Shown here piece by piece: positions 13,046 to 27,153 of a DNA stretch of 59,642 nucleotides. The stretch is from Negaprion brevirostris. Lineage: Eukaryota. Location of the stretch: assembly GCA_030324005.1 (NCBI GenBank), contig JARDVH010000042.1:91006465-91066106 (forward strand), in the 5' to 3' direction. Both the position numbers and the translations under genes were made by a program. Below the pieces are notes generated by a model. It searched no databases. It saw only the letters and a list, made by a program, of their open reading frames with translations, and was not told the origin of the DNA. Every line of letters starts with the position of its first letter. Position 1 is the stretch's first letter.

Positions 13046-14039
13046 TAACTATAATTGTTATAGGACTCAGACTATTCTGCACTATGCAAAATCAAACACT
13101 TACAAGTATCCCACTACAAAATGTTCACTTCCTTTGGCATTCAAGCAAATAATCAGGATTCAGAAGTTTGGGCTCTGCATTTTTATTTTTTTGCAATATA
13201 GAGCAAATGAACATCTACAAGGGATGTTGAATTTCTTTGCAGTCAGCTGCAGATTATTCCTTGATAAATCTACAGTACTGGCATCACAAGACATTATTAA
13301 CCTTTTGTGAATGTCACTACACATCAAGGATATGGCGTGCACACTGACAGCTGCTGCAAGCACACAGGGAAAGCAGGGCTAATATTAAACAATAAATGTA
13401 CATATGCTGGATGTCCAAGAAAGAATGAAAAACCAAGGAGTTTTAAGCAATAATCTAAGAGCTCAGACACATCAACCTCTAAACTAAAACCTCCTCACTC
13501 ACAGATATCCATTCACTCGCCTACTGCCTTTCTCTCTTCTCCTGCTGAGCTACCCCACCAGCATTCTTCAGGGCAGCTATTCCTGAGGTGAGTGCTGGCA
13601 GCCAATTTTGACCACAAAAGCATCACAGCCCCACCAAAACCTGGTCCTCGTATGATATCTGCAAGTGTGCATTTTCCAGGAGAAAGTGATTGGAAAGAGA
13701 ACTGGGAATGAAAATGCAAGTGAGTGCTTCCCATTCTGAGTCAGGTTAAAATATACTAGCTTTTTTCATTGCCCTGACTGAAATCAACTAACTCAGAGCA
13801 CTTAATTCTATTTAGTGTCCAACTGTGTCGCTTTTTCAGTGTGACTACAGTTCAAAAATGTTTAATTGTCTGAAACATGCTGGGAAGTCCAAAGGTTATG
13901 CCAGGCATTACATAAACACAAGTCTTCCAAATTTTTCTATCTTAACCATTTGTATTTATGAATAAACTTTTATTTTGTACATTTGTTCATTTCTACAATA
14001 TGTCCATTATACTGGCTTGTATAGATCATTATACAGTTC

Positions 14040-15250
14040 ATACCTTTTGGAATAAATGAAAGAGCATAAATGAAGGTGGCCTTTTTACTAGGTTGAAAAT
14101 TATTTGGAAGGTTGGTGACAGAGAGTGGGGATAAAGAGGCAAGTATTCTAAGTGTCAGGCTGTGACAAGTATTCTGAGGCCTCTTCACCATATTTATTAA
14201 TTGCTCAAATGAAGGAATGGAGAGATGAATATCCAGTTTACTTCTGACATAAGTTTGGAGGCCATTGCGAAGTGCAGATAGGAGCAGGAAGTTGCAAAAC
14301 AACACAGGCCGATTAAATGAGTCGGCAAAACAATGACAGATAGAGTTTAATATTGGCATGTGAGAGACCATCATTTTGGACCTGAGAAAGAAAATTGGAA
14401 TACTCTGAGAGACTGGGGACTTCAGAAGAGCAATGAGATTTGGAAGTTCAAGTACTCAAATCATTTAAAGCTAGACGACAGGTACAAAACGGCAGTCAAA
14501 CAAGCTAATGGAATGTTGGTCTCTATCTCAAGGCAGCTGCAACACAAAAGGATGAAAGTTATGCTTCAGGGGCATAAAGCTTTCATCAGACTCCATCTGG
14601 AATTCAGTTCAGTTTTGGACATCATACCTAAGGATGTATCTATTAGCTTCACAGCAGGTGCTGCACAAACTCGGAATGATACCAGAACTTTTTCTATGCT
14701 GTAGAATGACTATGACTAAATTCTATGCTGTAAAATGACTATGACTGAGACCCTTCAGCCCATCATGTCTACACCAGCCATCAAATAAGTACCCATCTAT
14801 TCTATTCCCTTTTCCAACACTTGGTCCATAGCTCTGTATGCTATGGTGTTTCATGTGCCCATCTAAATGCTTCTTAAAGACATGTATTCCTTTAAGTATA
14901 TTGAAGTGTTTAAAATATTAAAAGGAGACTGTAAGGGAGATAAAGGGAAATCATTTTCTCTGATAAAGGAGTCAATAATGAACAGATATAACTTAAAAAT
15001 GACAGCCAGACCATTTAAGAGGGAAATGTGGAAGCACTTTTTTCACACAGTAGAGACAGTAGATATCTGGAATTCTCTGTGCTAAAAGGCTTTGGACACT
15101 AAGACAATTGGAACTTATAAGACTGAGATTGATAGATTTTTGTTGGGTAAAGGTTATCAAGGGACCTGGAATGAGGTACATATCAGCAATGATCTAATTG
15201 AATGAAGAAACGGGCCCAAGGGGCTGAGTGGCCTACTCCTGTCCCTGTGC
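14040..15250 (+). mobile_element. Degenerate CR1-like LINE 3' portion with an inverted CR1 3'-end insertion at about 14700-14880
   Basis: CR1 motifs (AVKQANGML, RLHLE, IEVFKILKG, WNSL) and the tail gggctgagtggcctactcctgt. Confidence 0.7.
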
Positions 15251-15689
15251 ATCTTCTTTCGAAAATAGGCACTTGGAGTCCACATTTAACAAATTTAAGA
15301 GAAGATTTTATATGTGGTGGTTAATGAGCTATGAGCTCATTAGATTGTACGGGAGTTTCAGAGTCCCTGAGGTTATTTAGATTACAGCCTGCTTTTACAA
15401 TACCCTGGACTCAAAACGCCTGCACTGTTTGTAAATGTTACTTACTGATACTGTAAAGCTGTCTCAGCCAGTGATAACAAAGTTCATTAAAATCTTATGC
15501 TCTTTCTGATAAAGTCAAGTGCATATGAGGAAAGTTGGCAGTAAGAAATTCTAATATGAAAAGCAGAGTTGGGATAAATCGAGACCGTCTCGTTTGGTCA
15601 AACATAAGTTTTAATTCTCACTGCTCATCAAACAGAGGCCATTCAAATTTCCAACCAGCAAGCTAGTTATTCTATGTCAACATCTGATT

Positions 15690-16560
15690 TTTCTCTCTCC
15701 CCTCTCTTGAAGATGCTGAATTTCTCTCTCCTCCTCAGAGGACACTGACTCTCTATCCTTCATATAAGCTACTTACTCAGAATACTCCTCTGAAGGTGCA
15801 GACACCCTCTCCCCTCCCTATGATTCTTTTTCCCCTCCCTGAAGGTGCTGACTCTCTCTCTCTTTCCTAAAGCTGCAGACTCTCTCTCTTCTGAAGGTAC
15901 TGACCTTTTCTCTCTCTTTTGAAGCTGTTGATTCTCTGTCTCTCTCTCTCTGTCTGTCGCTCCTGAAGCTGCTGACTCTCTCTCTCCTGAAGTTCCCAAC
16001 TCTCTCTCTTTCCCTCTCTCCTGAAGTTTCCAACTCTCTCTCTTTCTCTCTCTCCTGAAGATATTGACTTTTTCTCTCTCTCTGTCCTGAAGCTGCCGAC
16101 ACTCTCTCCCTCTGTCTCTCCTGAAGCTGCTGACTCTGTCTCTCTTTCTCCCCTAGCTGCAGACTCTCTCTCTCTCCTGAAGGTACTGACTTTTTCTCTC
16201 TCTCTCCTGAAGCTGCTGACTCTCTCTCTCTCTCTCTGTCTCTCCAAGCTGCTGACTCTCTTTCCTGAAGCTTCCAACTCTCTCTCTCCTGAAGCTGCTG
16301 ATTTTCTCTCTCTCTCCTGAAAGTCCTGACTCTGTCTCTCCTGAAGGTACTGACTCTGTCTTTCTCTCCCTCTCTCTCTCCTGAAGTTGCAGACTCTTTC
16401 TGTTTCTCCTGAAGCTGCTGACTGTCTCTCTCTCTCTCTCTCTCTATCTCTCCTGAAAACACTGGCTCTCGCCCATCTTCCCTGAAGGTGCAGACCTTTT
16501 CCCACAATTCTGAAAGTACTAATTCTCTTTCCCCTTTCCAGAAGGTGCAGACACCTTTTA
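15690..16560. repeat. CT-microsatellite-interspersed minisatellite (unit ctcctgaagctgctgact + (ct)n)
   Basis: More than 20 copies of a ctgaag..tgact core separated by (CT)n tracts of variable length. Confidence 0.9.
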
Positions 16561-19298
16561 CGGGTGAAACTCCAAAGATGACCACAGATCTCTGACATAA
16601 TGCAGTTTACCATACTTCAACCATCAGTAAGTGTTTTCACACAATTTGTTGTTTGCATATAGCATCACAACTGAGCCCTATTTCAACCTCTTCCAGTAGC
16701 CACGTACACACATGCACACATAGACACACATTTTATTTACCAAACCAAGCTCAATCAGAGAACATAACTCAATTACAAACTCTGTTTTATTATAAAGAAT
16801 GTCTTGCATTTTTATAGCACTTAGGTTACCTTATTAAATCCCAAAGCATTTTGCAGACAATAATCACTGTTATAATGTAGGGAGAGTTTATAGTCTCAAT
16901 TTGTGTGCTATTACTTTCTCAGGGAAATAGTCGTCTGACTGCATATGTACAGACACCAGAATGCTGTCACGTTTAGTTGTCGTCAGTTGTGGTGACAGTG
17001 AACACTGACAGTTTTGCCATCATTACAACCTTAAAATCCAGACAATAGTGTCTCCCCTCTTGATCAAAAGGTTGTAGGTTTGAACCCCACAAGAGAACTT
17101 AGGCAGTTAGGCTGACATCCAGAACAAAGCTGAGGATGTGCTGGATTGCTAGATGTGTTCCTTCTCAGACAGAACACACCTGAAGAATTGGATATCTAAG
17201 TTTACAGATGGCACTAAGTTAGAAGGACATTAGGCTGTGTTTAGGAATGCAAGAAGATATGTAGGTACTCAAACAAGTGGGCAGAACTATTGTAGGTGGA
17301 GTTCACTATGAGAAACTTTGGATCTAAGAGAACCAATTCAGAGTGTATCCTCTATGGCTTAGAATCTCTATAAAAATGTGCATGTTTACATGCATAATAA
17401 ACAAAGTTCAGCAAGTAAATGCGGGGTGTAACTGAATTTTAGAGATGGTTACATTATTAAGCCTAAATGGGCTTATCAGCTTGAATGAGATATCACATGC
17501 CCCTAACATCCTTGGCAGAGTAGGCAGAACGTATCTAGTTGGCGAGCATTGCTGCAAAGTCCACAGGCAAGGGAAAGGCAGAGTCAGCCACTGTCTGGGT
17601 GCATATTGAGCAAAGAATGGCCACTTTAGTGAGCTGCAAGATAGTAAACAGCAGCTGGGGAAGTCTTCTCTCACAGCGGTCAATATTTTGGGACAAGGAG
17701 TGCGTGACAAATTGGAAAAATAACTTGGATTTGTAGCAAGAAAATAAATTCTATCCATTCTTCACATTGATTCCTACAATCTAGTAGGAATTCCTGATCT
17801 AACCAATACCAATCAAACATCCACTGACCTGAAAGAGGATGCATCGCGTGTGAGGTGCCAAAAGGTCAGAGAAAAAGCAATTAAGAAGTAAAACATTCTG
17901 TGAATGCTTAGTACTATTTCCAGCAAAGTAGAAAAACATTTTGTATGGTATTGTCTGCAATAAACTTACAGCTAACAGATTGGTTAAATCCTAATCACTA
18001 GTGAAAATAAAAAGGATACAGGGGATGGAGCAAAGCTCCTCGCCCACACAGCAACATATTGTCAACTAAATGTTAGCGAAGGATTATAGGCTGCTTAATC
18101 ACACAAAAACGAATGTTTTCAATATTCCTACAAAGCCACTGGGAAGCTGCATTCTTAAACAATGAGCTTGTGATATGCTGTAATTTTAATGTTATGAAAA
18201 CTATTGCATTTTTAAACAACAAATTAAAGTTAGCTATGTCCATTGGGAGAGGATACATTGGCAAGCAGGCTCTTGGGATATAGTTGGAATGTTATTGGAA
18301 ATAATCTACCAAATTTTGTTACAGATCATGAGCTGGACAATACTTCATATTCATCAGGGTCTTCATGAAGGGTACAGGGCACATCACACAACAACCCANN
18401 NNNNNNNNNNNNNNNNNNNNNNNNNNNNNNNNGCATTTCAGAAAAACACTGTGCACAACAAGCACATACAAAGCATGCAGCCTGCCAATATTGTTCAGAA
18501 TTGAACTGTGTATCATCTTCCCTTTCCCAGTATTCACATTTCAGTAAATAGGACCAGAGCTGGAGTTCGCTGTCCTCTGATCACTGTCACTCTATTAACT
18601 CCTGCCTACAACAATCTTCCAATTAACTGGCAGCACAAACAACATTTTGCTGAATGTGGACAAACACCTTTGTTCTGGCGAAATACTTTTAAAACTTTAC
18701 ACACTGTAAAAGTTTGCACAGCACAACCACGGACGGTAAAAGAGACGGTCTGGTAAAGTGCTTGATTTCATACATAGGTAATGAAACAAGACAATGAAAA
18801 ACATTTACATTTCATCCTCCCTCCTATGCACAACTAAACATAGAATTATCAAGAATATCAACAAACTTTCATTCAGGGCAATTTGTGCAACACATTGTCT
18901 ACTTCAACACAACGCAAATAAATCACTAAAAAAAATTAGGCAATTTAATTCAGTTGCAAAATATTGATTAGCAGAAGATACTTTACACTTCAAAACAGCT
19001 ATTACTTCCTGCAAAAGTAACATAACAGCCTAACGCTTTTCCTGCAATTGAAAAACACTCCCTTACACAAATGTGCTTATCTTATATAAATTATAATAAA
19101 TTTGAATTTATTTAGTTCCACTTGAAGACATGTTTTTGTAATATCACACAGATCATGTTCCATCATTCATAGCGCTAACCAATTCCAGAAATTATTATTC
19201 CAATTCTGAACATGCCCCTTTACTTCATACAAGTGAAGACTTTGAATTTAATGGCAAAAGCATATCTTTCTGCACATGCAAGGTGTTCTTGCACTTAC

Positions 19299-19430
19299 CT
19301 TCATCACGTTTTCTCTTATTATTCTCAGCGCTGGAAGGTGTAATCCCCAGAATGCCACTGATGGAATAGGAAGATCCTGCAGGGTCCGTGGCGGCTGAAG
19401 GAACTGGAGTTACTGCCACTGTGCTTGGTG
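19299..19430 (-). CDS. PAX5: Pax5 exon 5 (octapeptide and basic/NLS motif)
   Basis: Boundaries ttctgcatag| ... |gtaagt, 132 nt. Encodes (A)[43 protein letters not shown](G). The octapeptide YSISGILG is Pax5-type (Pax2 has YSINGILG). Confidence 0.96.
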
Positions 19431-20081
19431 CTATGCAGAAACGACAGCAAGTTTTAGTCAGTAGAGAAAAATAGCACACCAAGATCTGCAACATCCTCCT
19501 ATGTGGATTCAATTCAGCACACTCAATGCTTACTTTTCAACCAAGGCTGAGTTTCAAGAATGATCACCACACATAGCCACCTGCTACACTTAGAGTGAAA
19601 GTAATTAATTCTTGATTAGGAGAAAAGTGAACCCAAGTTGCAGGCACGGAGGCAATTTTAGCTCAAACAAAAATTTGCTTTGGTTTGGCAAAGCCTTTCA
19701 ACTTTATGTATTTGCTTTTCCTTACACATTAAGTAGACAATAATGAGTAATGTTTTCTCTATTCATCACCAAAGAGCACAGGTAGATCCCAACACTAATG
19801 ACAGGAATGATGGCACATGGATTTTCAGAGCCCATTTTTCTTACCTCAATGAAAGTTCAACCAGACCACTCAGGAAAACACCTGAAAGTCAAATGTTCAA
19901 CATTACTGGCTCTACAGCCCCTGCACAATTGATTTTGGAGCCAAAGCCTGAAATAGTCTTACTGTAGTCTCANNNNNNNNNNACTGGTTCTGCTTGGTAC
20001 AGCAATCTCTGTTATGTTGCCTCATTTAGTTGAACACTTAACTTCTAATTTCAAGGCCTTGATTTGAAGACATACATACCT

Positions 20082-20395
20082 TGGTCCATTCAGCTCATTA
20101 GAAACCTATAAATATTCATCCATTGAGCCTATTAGAAGCCTATGAATATTAGCTTGTTGAATTAATCAGAAGCCAGTAGATTGTTGGGGTATGGGGAGAG
20201 AGCAGAAGTATGGTGCTCAGATGGAGGATCAGCCTTAAAGGTATTGAATAGTGGAGTAGGCTCAAAAGGCCAATTTGCCTACATCTGTTCCTAGTTTCTA
20301 TGTTTCTGTATTGATCAATTGAACCCATTTGATGCCTGTGGATATTGGTCCATAGAACTCACTAGAAGTTGATGGATACTAGTCAATTGAACCAG
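20082..20395. repeat. Degenerate 34-bp tandem repeat split by a CR1 3'-end insertion (about 20175-20310)
   Basis: Units such as tggtccattcagctcattagaaacctataaatat and tggtccatagaactcactagaagttgatggatac occur on both sides of a CR1 tail. Confidence 0.55.
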
Positions 20396-22099
20396 CCTCT
20401 TTGCTTGGCTTGGTCACCAGATAGGTCACTAGATAAGTAGCGGATAGATGAAAGTCATTCTACTGAAAGAAATTAACTACACTTAATAATTTACATCAGT
20501 TAATAATATAGTGTGATACTGCCAACAGGCAAATTATCTGGCTAAGCTCACTGCCCAACCTGACACATGAACTTCAATTGAGGCACTGGAGATCTAATCA
20601 CCCATGGAACTGTACCACCACATGAGGCACTGTCTTCAGGAAAGGCAGTGAGAATGGAGCAATCGGTTGGGTGGGGGAGTCGGTTAAACACAATTAAGGG
20701 GTACAAGAAGGGACAGGAAATAATGCATTTCCTCATGTCTTTACCAAAGAGGCTACAACCCCAATTATTTTGTGTTGTGTTTTGTTGATAGCCCAATTAC
20801 AAAGAAAAAAATTCAATGAAAACGTCACTGCTTTCAATCTTGAAACGTACAATAGTGCTGTAAAAGTGGGAATCAGTTCAGAGCCCGACAATCGATAATC
20901 CACCAATGCCGTAAGTCACAAACATACAGAAGCACAGAGAATATTGCTTGAAAATTACAAATTCCGAAAAAAGCTCAATTTTAATAGAAAACTGAATCTA
21001 ATGCTGCAAACTGCAAAGACACAATCAACACAGGAGTTATCGAAGAACGGGAATTAAAAGAAAAGAAAAAAACTTTCACAACTCCTTAGTACCTAATGAT
21101 GCAGAAAATGTAATGAATAGTCCCCTTTGTGAATTTATTACTTTAATTACATCACATTCAATGGCCATTCTATTGCCACTTTAAATTTTAGATTTCAATT
21201 TTGTATTACAATGTGAAATCTTTTTATCATAATAATCGTCAGACTTCAGAACCCAAGTTATATTGGTGAATTTCATCAAGTATTAAGTTGCTTAGAAATA
21301 CAGATGCAGTGAAGAATTTGAGCATTCTGATTGTTAAACAGAAAAACCCAACCATAATAACAATCAGGTTACATTTCAGTTTTACCCAAACGAGTAGTAA
21401 CTAATTAGAGGTTAATCTTCCTATCATGTTTTGAGATCAACTGCAATCTGATCAAGGATGAATACAATAGTGGTCTAAAGTATATTCGTATAAAGGCTAG
21501 GCATGGCCAGATGCAGGAGATGAGTTTTCCATGAGCTACTGTGGATTAGCAGTAGTCCGAATGGTATTCCACCACAATCAGTAAACAGCATATTCCTCAC
21601 TCTACCATTACTACCAAACCAGGGATATTCCCAGAGGCACATATAAAGATCAGTATCAACTGCTACTGGAGGATAATCAACTCAATGGAAGACATTTTTT
21701 TGTTTGTCAGAAACGTATTGATCTTCCAGTGCAAAGAGCTGTGACGACCAAATATTGCAAACTGGCATATTCCAAGGTGAAGGACCACATGCTGATGGAC
21801 ACACCAAAAGTTTGGGGCTACTGCGAAGGCTAAATGGGAAAAAGTCAAAAAGCCTTCCCATAATATACCAAGGGATTGGAACCCATGTAAAACCCATCAG
21901 GCTGTACACACCAGTGAAAGTTTGACATGAAATGTAAATGTACATTGCAAATATAATCTTTAATGGCAAGTATAGTGAGGCACCTCATGCACAGCGCTGA
22001 AAGAAATTTAGCTGTATCACACTTCACATAATGTCAAAGTTGAACAGTTATATAATGCACTTTTACAAATTTTACGAATAAAGCATCATTTTGGAAAAT

Positions 22100-23435
22100 A
22101 AAATTAATTTTAAGCCAGGGAACCAAGTGTGGTTCGATCATCAGTGTAGAAGAGCATGCCAGGAACAGTACTAGACATGCCTAAAAATGAGACACAAACC
22201 TAACAAAATTACAGCACAAATAGCAGAACAAGCATTCGATAGACAGTTAGGGGATTTCCCTACTAATGGAACAGATCAAAGCTCTGAAATCCTACCACTT
22301 CCAATTGTGAATGGCGGTGGACAATTAGCTAACAAGAGGAGGAGGTTCAAGGAAAGTTCACATCCTCCAAGTTGGAAGAGCCCAGCACTGAGTGCAAAAG
22401 ACAATACTGAAGCATTTGTAACAATTTTCAGCCAGAAGTGTCATAGATGATCCATCTCAGACTGTCCCTGAGGACCCTACCATTTATCAAAGCCAGTCTT
22501 CAGACAAATTGATTCCCTCCATGTGATACCAAGAATCAGCTTAGCACAGTGGTTACAGCAATGTCTATGCACCCTAACAACATAATGGCTGTATTACTAA
22601 AAACATATGCTCCAAAATTAGTGACGCTTCGAGGCAAGATGTTCTGGTAGTTACAATATAAGCATTTTGTCTACCTGGCAATATGGAAAATTGCTAAAGT
22701 ATGTCCACAGAAAGAACAAATCCAAACCACCCAATTACTGGTGCATTAGTCCACTCTCAATCATTAGTGAAACGATAGAGGGTTTTATCAATAGTGCTAT
22801 CATGAGACATTTACTCAGCAATAACCTTCTCACTTGTGCTGTGTTTGGACTCTGCCAGGACCACTTAGTCCAATCATGGACAGAAGAGCTAAGTTCCAGA
22901 GGTGATATGAGAGTGACTGCCCTTGACAACAATACAGTATTTGACGGAGTATGGCATCAAGGAGCCCCTGTAAAATTAAAGCCCATGGGAATCAGGCAAA
23001 AAATTCTGCACTAACTGGATCATACCTAGCACAAAGTCAGATGATTTTGGTTGTTACAGGCCAGTGGCTGAAGTGTATACCATCTATAAGATGTGCTGGT
23101 GCAATTCACCAAAGCCTTTTCAAGAGCATCACCCAAACCACCGGCCACTACCGCCTAGCAAATCCTGAATAAAGGGACTATAGGCACTTGGAAACACCTC
23201 TACCTGTAAGTCCCCTCTAAGTCACACACCATTCTGACTCGAAAATATATCATCATTCCTTCCTTCCCTGTTGCTGGGTCAGAATGGACTCTCCCCTACC
23301 TCATTATAGATAGATCTTCACCAAATGGACTGCAGCAGTTCAAGAAGGAAGTTTATTATCACCTTCTCAAGGACAATTAGAGATGAGGTATAAATTGTGA
23401 CAGTGACAGTAACATTCCATGAACGAATGAAAGAA
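22100..23435 (+). mobile_element. Degenerate CR1-group LINE RT and 3' end in intron 4
   Basis: NY..ISPLSIISETIEGFINSAIMRHLLSNNLL..ALD...FDGVWHQG are RT motifs; frameshifted and internally deleted. Confidence 0.8.
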
Positions 23436-24075
23436 ACAATTTAACCAAATTAATTCTTACTCTTTTTGTTCAATAAATAGATAAAAGATATGACCCTTTG
23501 ACATATGGACATACAAACTTACTAAACTTAATAAAGGCGTCAGCATAATGTTTAAGCATAGTGAAATAATGATATTAGTCCACCTGAAGTCTTGGATTGT
23601 ACACAGGGAGAATCAGGCACCAGGATCAATTCAGTAAAAACCAATCATATTCAGTATACTCTTCATCCAATTGAAAGAAGGGCACAATGTCTGTGAGATA
23701 CGCAACCAATGTCAGTGGTTTTGGGAGCACTTGTAAATTCTGAGTGCCTGCAAAATCGTTATCAATGCTCCCAGAACATCTCCTAATCCTGAAGCACTAG
23801 CCTAGCTCACATGTCAAGGATAGACATTCTCTGTGGAACCTTTACTCCAGCATGACTTGCTGTCATCGGGAAAGCAGGGAGAATTTGGGGATGGGTGGAG
23901 GTAGTCACAAAAGAACAGTACAGGAAGAGATTGGACAGAGAGCAATAATGAATTCCTACAGAGTTAAGGAGTTGTTCTACATATAATTTAGTTCCCAGAT
24001 AGAAAATGAGATTTTTTTCAAGATCCAAAGCAATATCTAACAGAGGTTAAGTGGCACAGTAGCAATGACTCTCAC

Positions 24076-24140
24076 CTATAGTATGGGATGTGACCGGCGA
24101 TTGCTGGTTTGGAGGCTGTTGCACCTTTGTTCGAATAATT
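24076..24140 (-). CDS. PAX5: Pax5 exon 4 (end of paired domain and linker)
   Basis: Reads tttattcag|A ATT ATT CGA ACA AAG GTG CAA CAG CCT CCA AAC CAG CAA TCG CCG GTC ACA TCC CAT ACT ATA G|gtgag, i.e. IIRTKVQQPPNQQSPVTSHTI. 65 nt, phase 2 to 1. Confidence 0.95.
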
Positions 24141-24449
24141 CTGAATAAAAGTAAAATTAATGAAAGAAAATCAATTTTTAGAACATATAGAAGAAAAATC
24201 AATCATCAATCATTAGACATTTCTACTAACTTTCTCAATATCATATTTTTCTTATGAACTATTAATGGTGCATGTAAAATTACATCATACTGGTGAGATA
24301 GCCAGATCTCTGCTCTCTGAATCCACTCTTTCAAGAGGTTTTGGGGATACTTTGTTCAAAATACAGGATTACAAAAGGTACACTTTGCCTTTAACATAGA
24401 GATGCTTTCTGGTGTTACTTTTCTTTAATAATAAGGTTTTTAGTTGTAA

Positions 24450-24860
24450 AAAGAGTTGCATTTATAACGTGTATGTCAAATACATCCCAAAGCACTTTAA
24501 AAGCAATGAAAAACTTCTGAAATGTATTCCCTATTGTAATGTAGGAAATGTGATTGCCAACGTATGCACAGCAAGGTCCCACAAAGAGCAATGAAACAAT
24601 GACCAGATAATCTGTTTCAGCAATGTTAATTGTGTGATGAATATTGGCCAGTACCCCAGGGATAATCTCTTCAAAATAGTGCTATGAGATCTTTCATTTC
24701 TACCTTAGAGAGCAGACAGGGTTTAATGTCCCACAAGTCTCCTCAGCATTACACTGCAGTGTCAGTCTAGATTTCTGTGCTCAAGTACAGGAGTGAGGCT
24801 TGAATCCACAGCCTCGCAATGCAGTGGGCAACAGTGCTACAAACTGAGACATGGCTGACA
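24450..24860 (-). mobile_element. DeuSINE-like element
   Basis: gcacagcaaggtcccacaaa..aatgaccagataatctg core with an L2-like tail at the left. Confidence 0.65.
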
Positions 24861-25479
24861 TCATAATGTGAAGCTCATATAAATAATCAGGTTTTAAAAT
24901 CAATGCAACACAAGGCTTGCTATGCAACATTGCTCCTTCTTTGTTTCTGGAAGTTAGTACACAGCCAGTTTTAAACAACTATTATTGCACGTGTTGATAG
25001 TTTTTAAACTCTTAAAGGAGAATTACAATCCCATCCTTGTCTTCATCAATGGTCCAAGTATGAGGCTCACATTTAATGTGTATTCTACTTCTTTAAATGC
25101 AACTGCTTTAATATAATTTTTTTTCAACTGATATGAATTTGCTTTAAACTTCTAATCATTTCCACCTTTCCTCAAGTTCTTGGTCGTCAGAATGTGTCTA
25201 ACCTGGTAAGATTTTAGTGGCTGAGATTTCTATATCAAGTATTATAATAATACAAATTTTAAAATTTCAGTAATGTTAAGAGGCTCCATATTAGTGCAAA
25301 TTGTTACTTTATTAAGAGTGCATGAAGAATTTGCTGTATCTGTTTCTGGGGAATTAAGTGGTCAAGTGGAGTAAATGTCAATGGAGGAATACCTATAAAA
25401 AAAAGTGATCATAAGGTTTAAATATAAAAAACTGGTTCAGCAACAACTGAAGTATTGCGTCCAAGTCTTTAATGCAATC

Positions 25480-25890
25480 TGTGACCTGAGAGAGGAAGCA
25501 GTAATATTGATGAGAATGGTTCCAAGGATGAAGGACAACTGAGAACCAAGGTTTGTTCTTCTAGGAGCAGAGGAGGTTGAAAGGAGCTCTGATAAAGGTA
25601 TTCAAAATCATGAGGATGCAGAATTAAGATTACCAGCAAAAGAACCAAACATGAGGAAAAACTTTTTTATACAGTGAATAATTATCATCTGAAATGCACT
25701 GACAGCAAGGTTGGTGCAGGCAGATTCAATCATGGTGTTTAAAAGGAAATAAAATTCAAAGGAAAAACTTTTGGAAGTATATGGGAAAAGGATTGAAGGT
25801 TTTGAAGTACTGGATTTTTGCTCTTGTAAAGTCTTGCATCTCGATGTGCTTAAGAGCCTCCTTCCAAACTGTAACCATTCTAAGATTCTA
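25480..25890 (+). mobile_element. CR1-like LINE 3' fragment
   Basis: gagcagaggaggttga..ggtattcaaaatcatga..ctgtaaccattctaagattcta tail. Confidence 0.6.
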
Positions 25891-26949
25891 TTTCACAGTT
25901 TTGAGGACCCCAGAAAGTTCATTTAAAGTAGACTCCGTAGAACCAGTTGTAGAAGTAAGATATTCAATACCTATTTAATTGGTATGCAGTGCAGATGTAA
26001 ACAGGTAGAAGAGCTTTTAGGATGGCCTATTTGTGACATGGAAAAAAATGTACAGAAAAAATCTCACAGGAGAATGGGCCATAGTATTATGGATAAAATA
26101 AACAGAAAAGTTGAAGGCTAAAGGCAAACGAGGGATAGTATCCTATCAAGGGATGCAAGAAAGAGGCTTTGCAGTAGTATTCAAGTCTTTGAACAAACTT
26201 GAGTAGCTGAGAGTAAAAAATTGTTGATGAATGGCTTTTTGTTGTGTAAGGAAAAACAAGGTTCTGGAAGGCAACATCAACCATGAAGAAGTGAGGCTAT
26301 CGCAGATAATTTGGCCATTAATGTGAAGAACTAAGAAAAGAATCAAAAATTGGAACTGCTGGTAAATTTTATGTAAATATGAAGAACCTTTTGTGGAAGA
26401 ATTGAAAGAAACTATATTTTAAGGACTCATATAGAAAGGCATGAGAAACATTAAGCTATGATGATCCAGATGTTATTCAGTGAAGGGAAAACAGCTGTTA
26501 ATGATAAGAATGATCAATCAAAAGGAGGCAGATTAATGTAGAAAGAAAGGAGCTAACAAGATTGCAAGCTGAGAGAAAGAAGTTACTAATATGAAGAATG
26601 AACAGAGTAGAAGAGAACAATGCCATAGAAAGCCATTGCATTGCAGGATAAGGAATAACCACATGGATGAGTTATCAGACTGGCCCAGTACCCGTACAGC
26701 TGTGTCTCAGTTAGGATCTAATTCTTTAGAAGAGATGGGAATCTGTGAAAATTAAGTATAACTTTTAAAATTATATATGTATATATTTCATCAATCAAAT
26801 CTCTCAAAGTGTTAGTACAATGAGCTTTTTTTCTGGTTCTCTTGTCAATCTAGATACCAGTTACAAACTGCAAAGACAGAATGAAACTGTTGTATAGTGT
26901 TAGGATGATAATGTAGGTTAATGTTGGACAGTGCACCCCCTATGGGTCA

Positions 26950-27153
<204 letters not shown>

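Larger units (their letters stand above)
1..19298 (-). other. PAX5: Pax5 intron 5 (partial, continues beyond the left edge of the window)
   Basis: Follows the exon 5 donor. I found no exon 6-like sequence (partial homeodomain, e.g. FTQQQLE) in this interval by eye. Confidence 0.8.

Noticed and set aside
14692-14746. Short tandem duplication (ttctatgctgtaRaatgactatgact twice)
   Set aside because: It sits at the junction of nested CR1 fragments and is best explained as a retrotransposition by-product.
15818-16613. Two long ORFs (255 and 248 aa) rich in ERE/RER
   Set aside because: They are translations of a (GA)n-based tandem repeat that lacks stop codons, with several frames open and no domain.
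23807-24028. ORF beginning MDLEKN, identical to the first residues of human PAX5 exon 1A
   Set aside because: It starts at TTG, lies in intron 4 downstream of the paired-box exons, and similarity stops after six residues. A coincidence; the real 1A candidate is at 50740.
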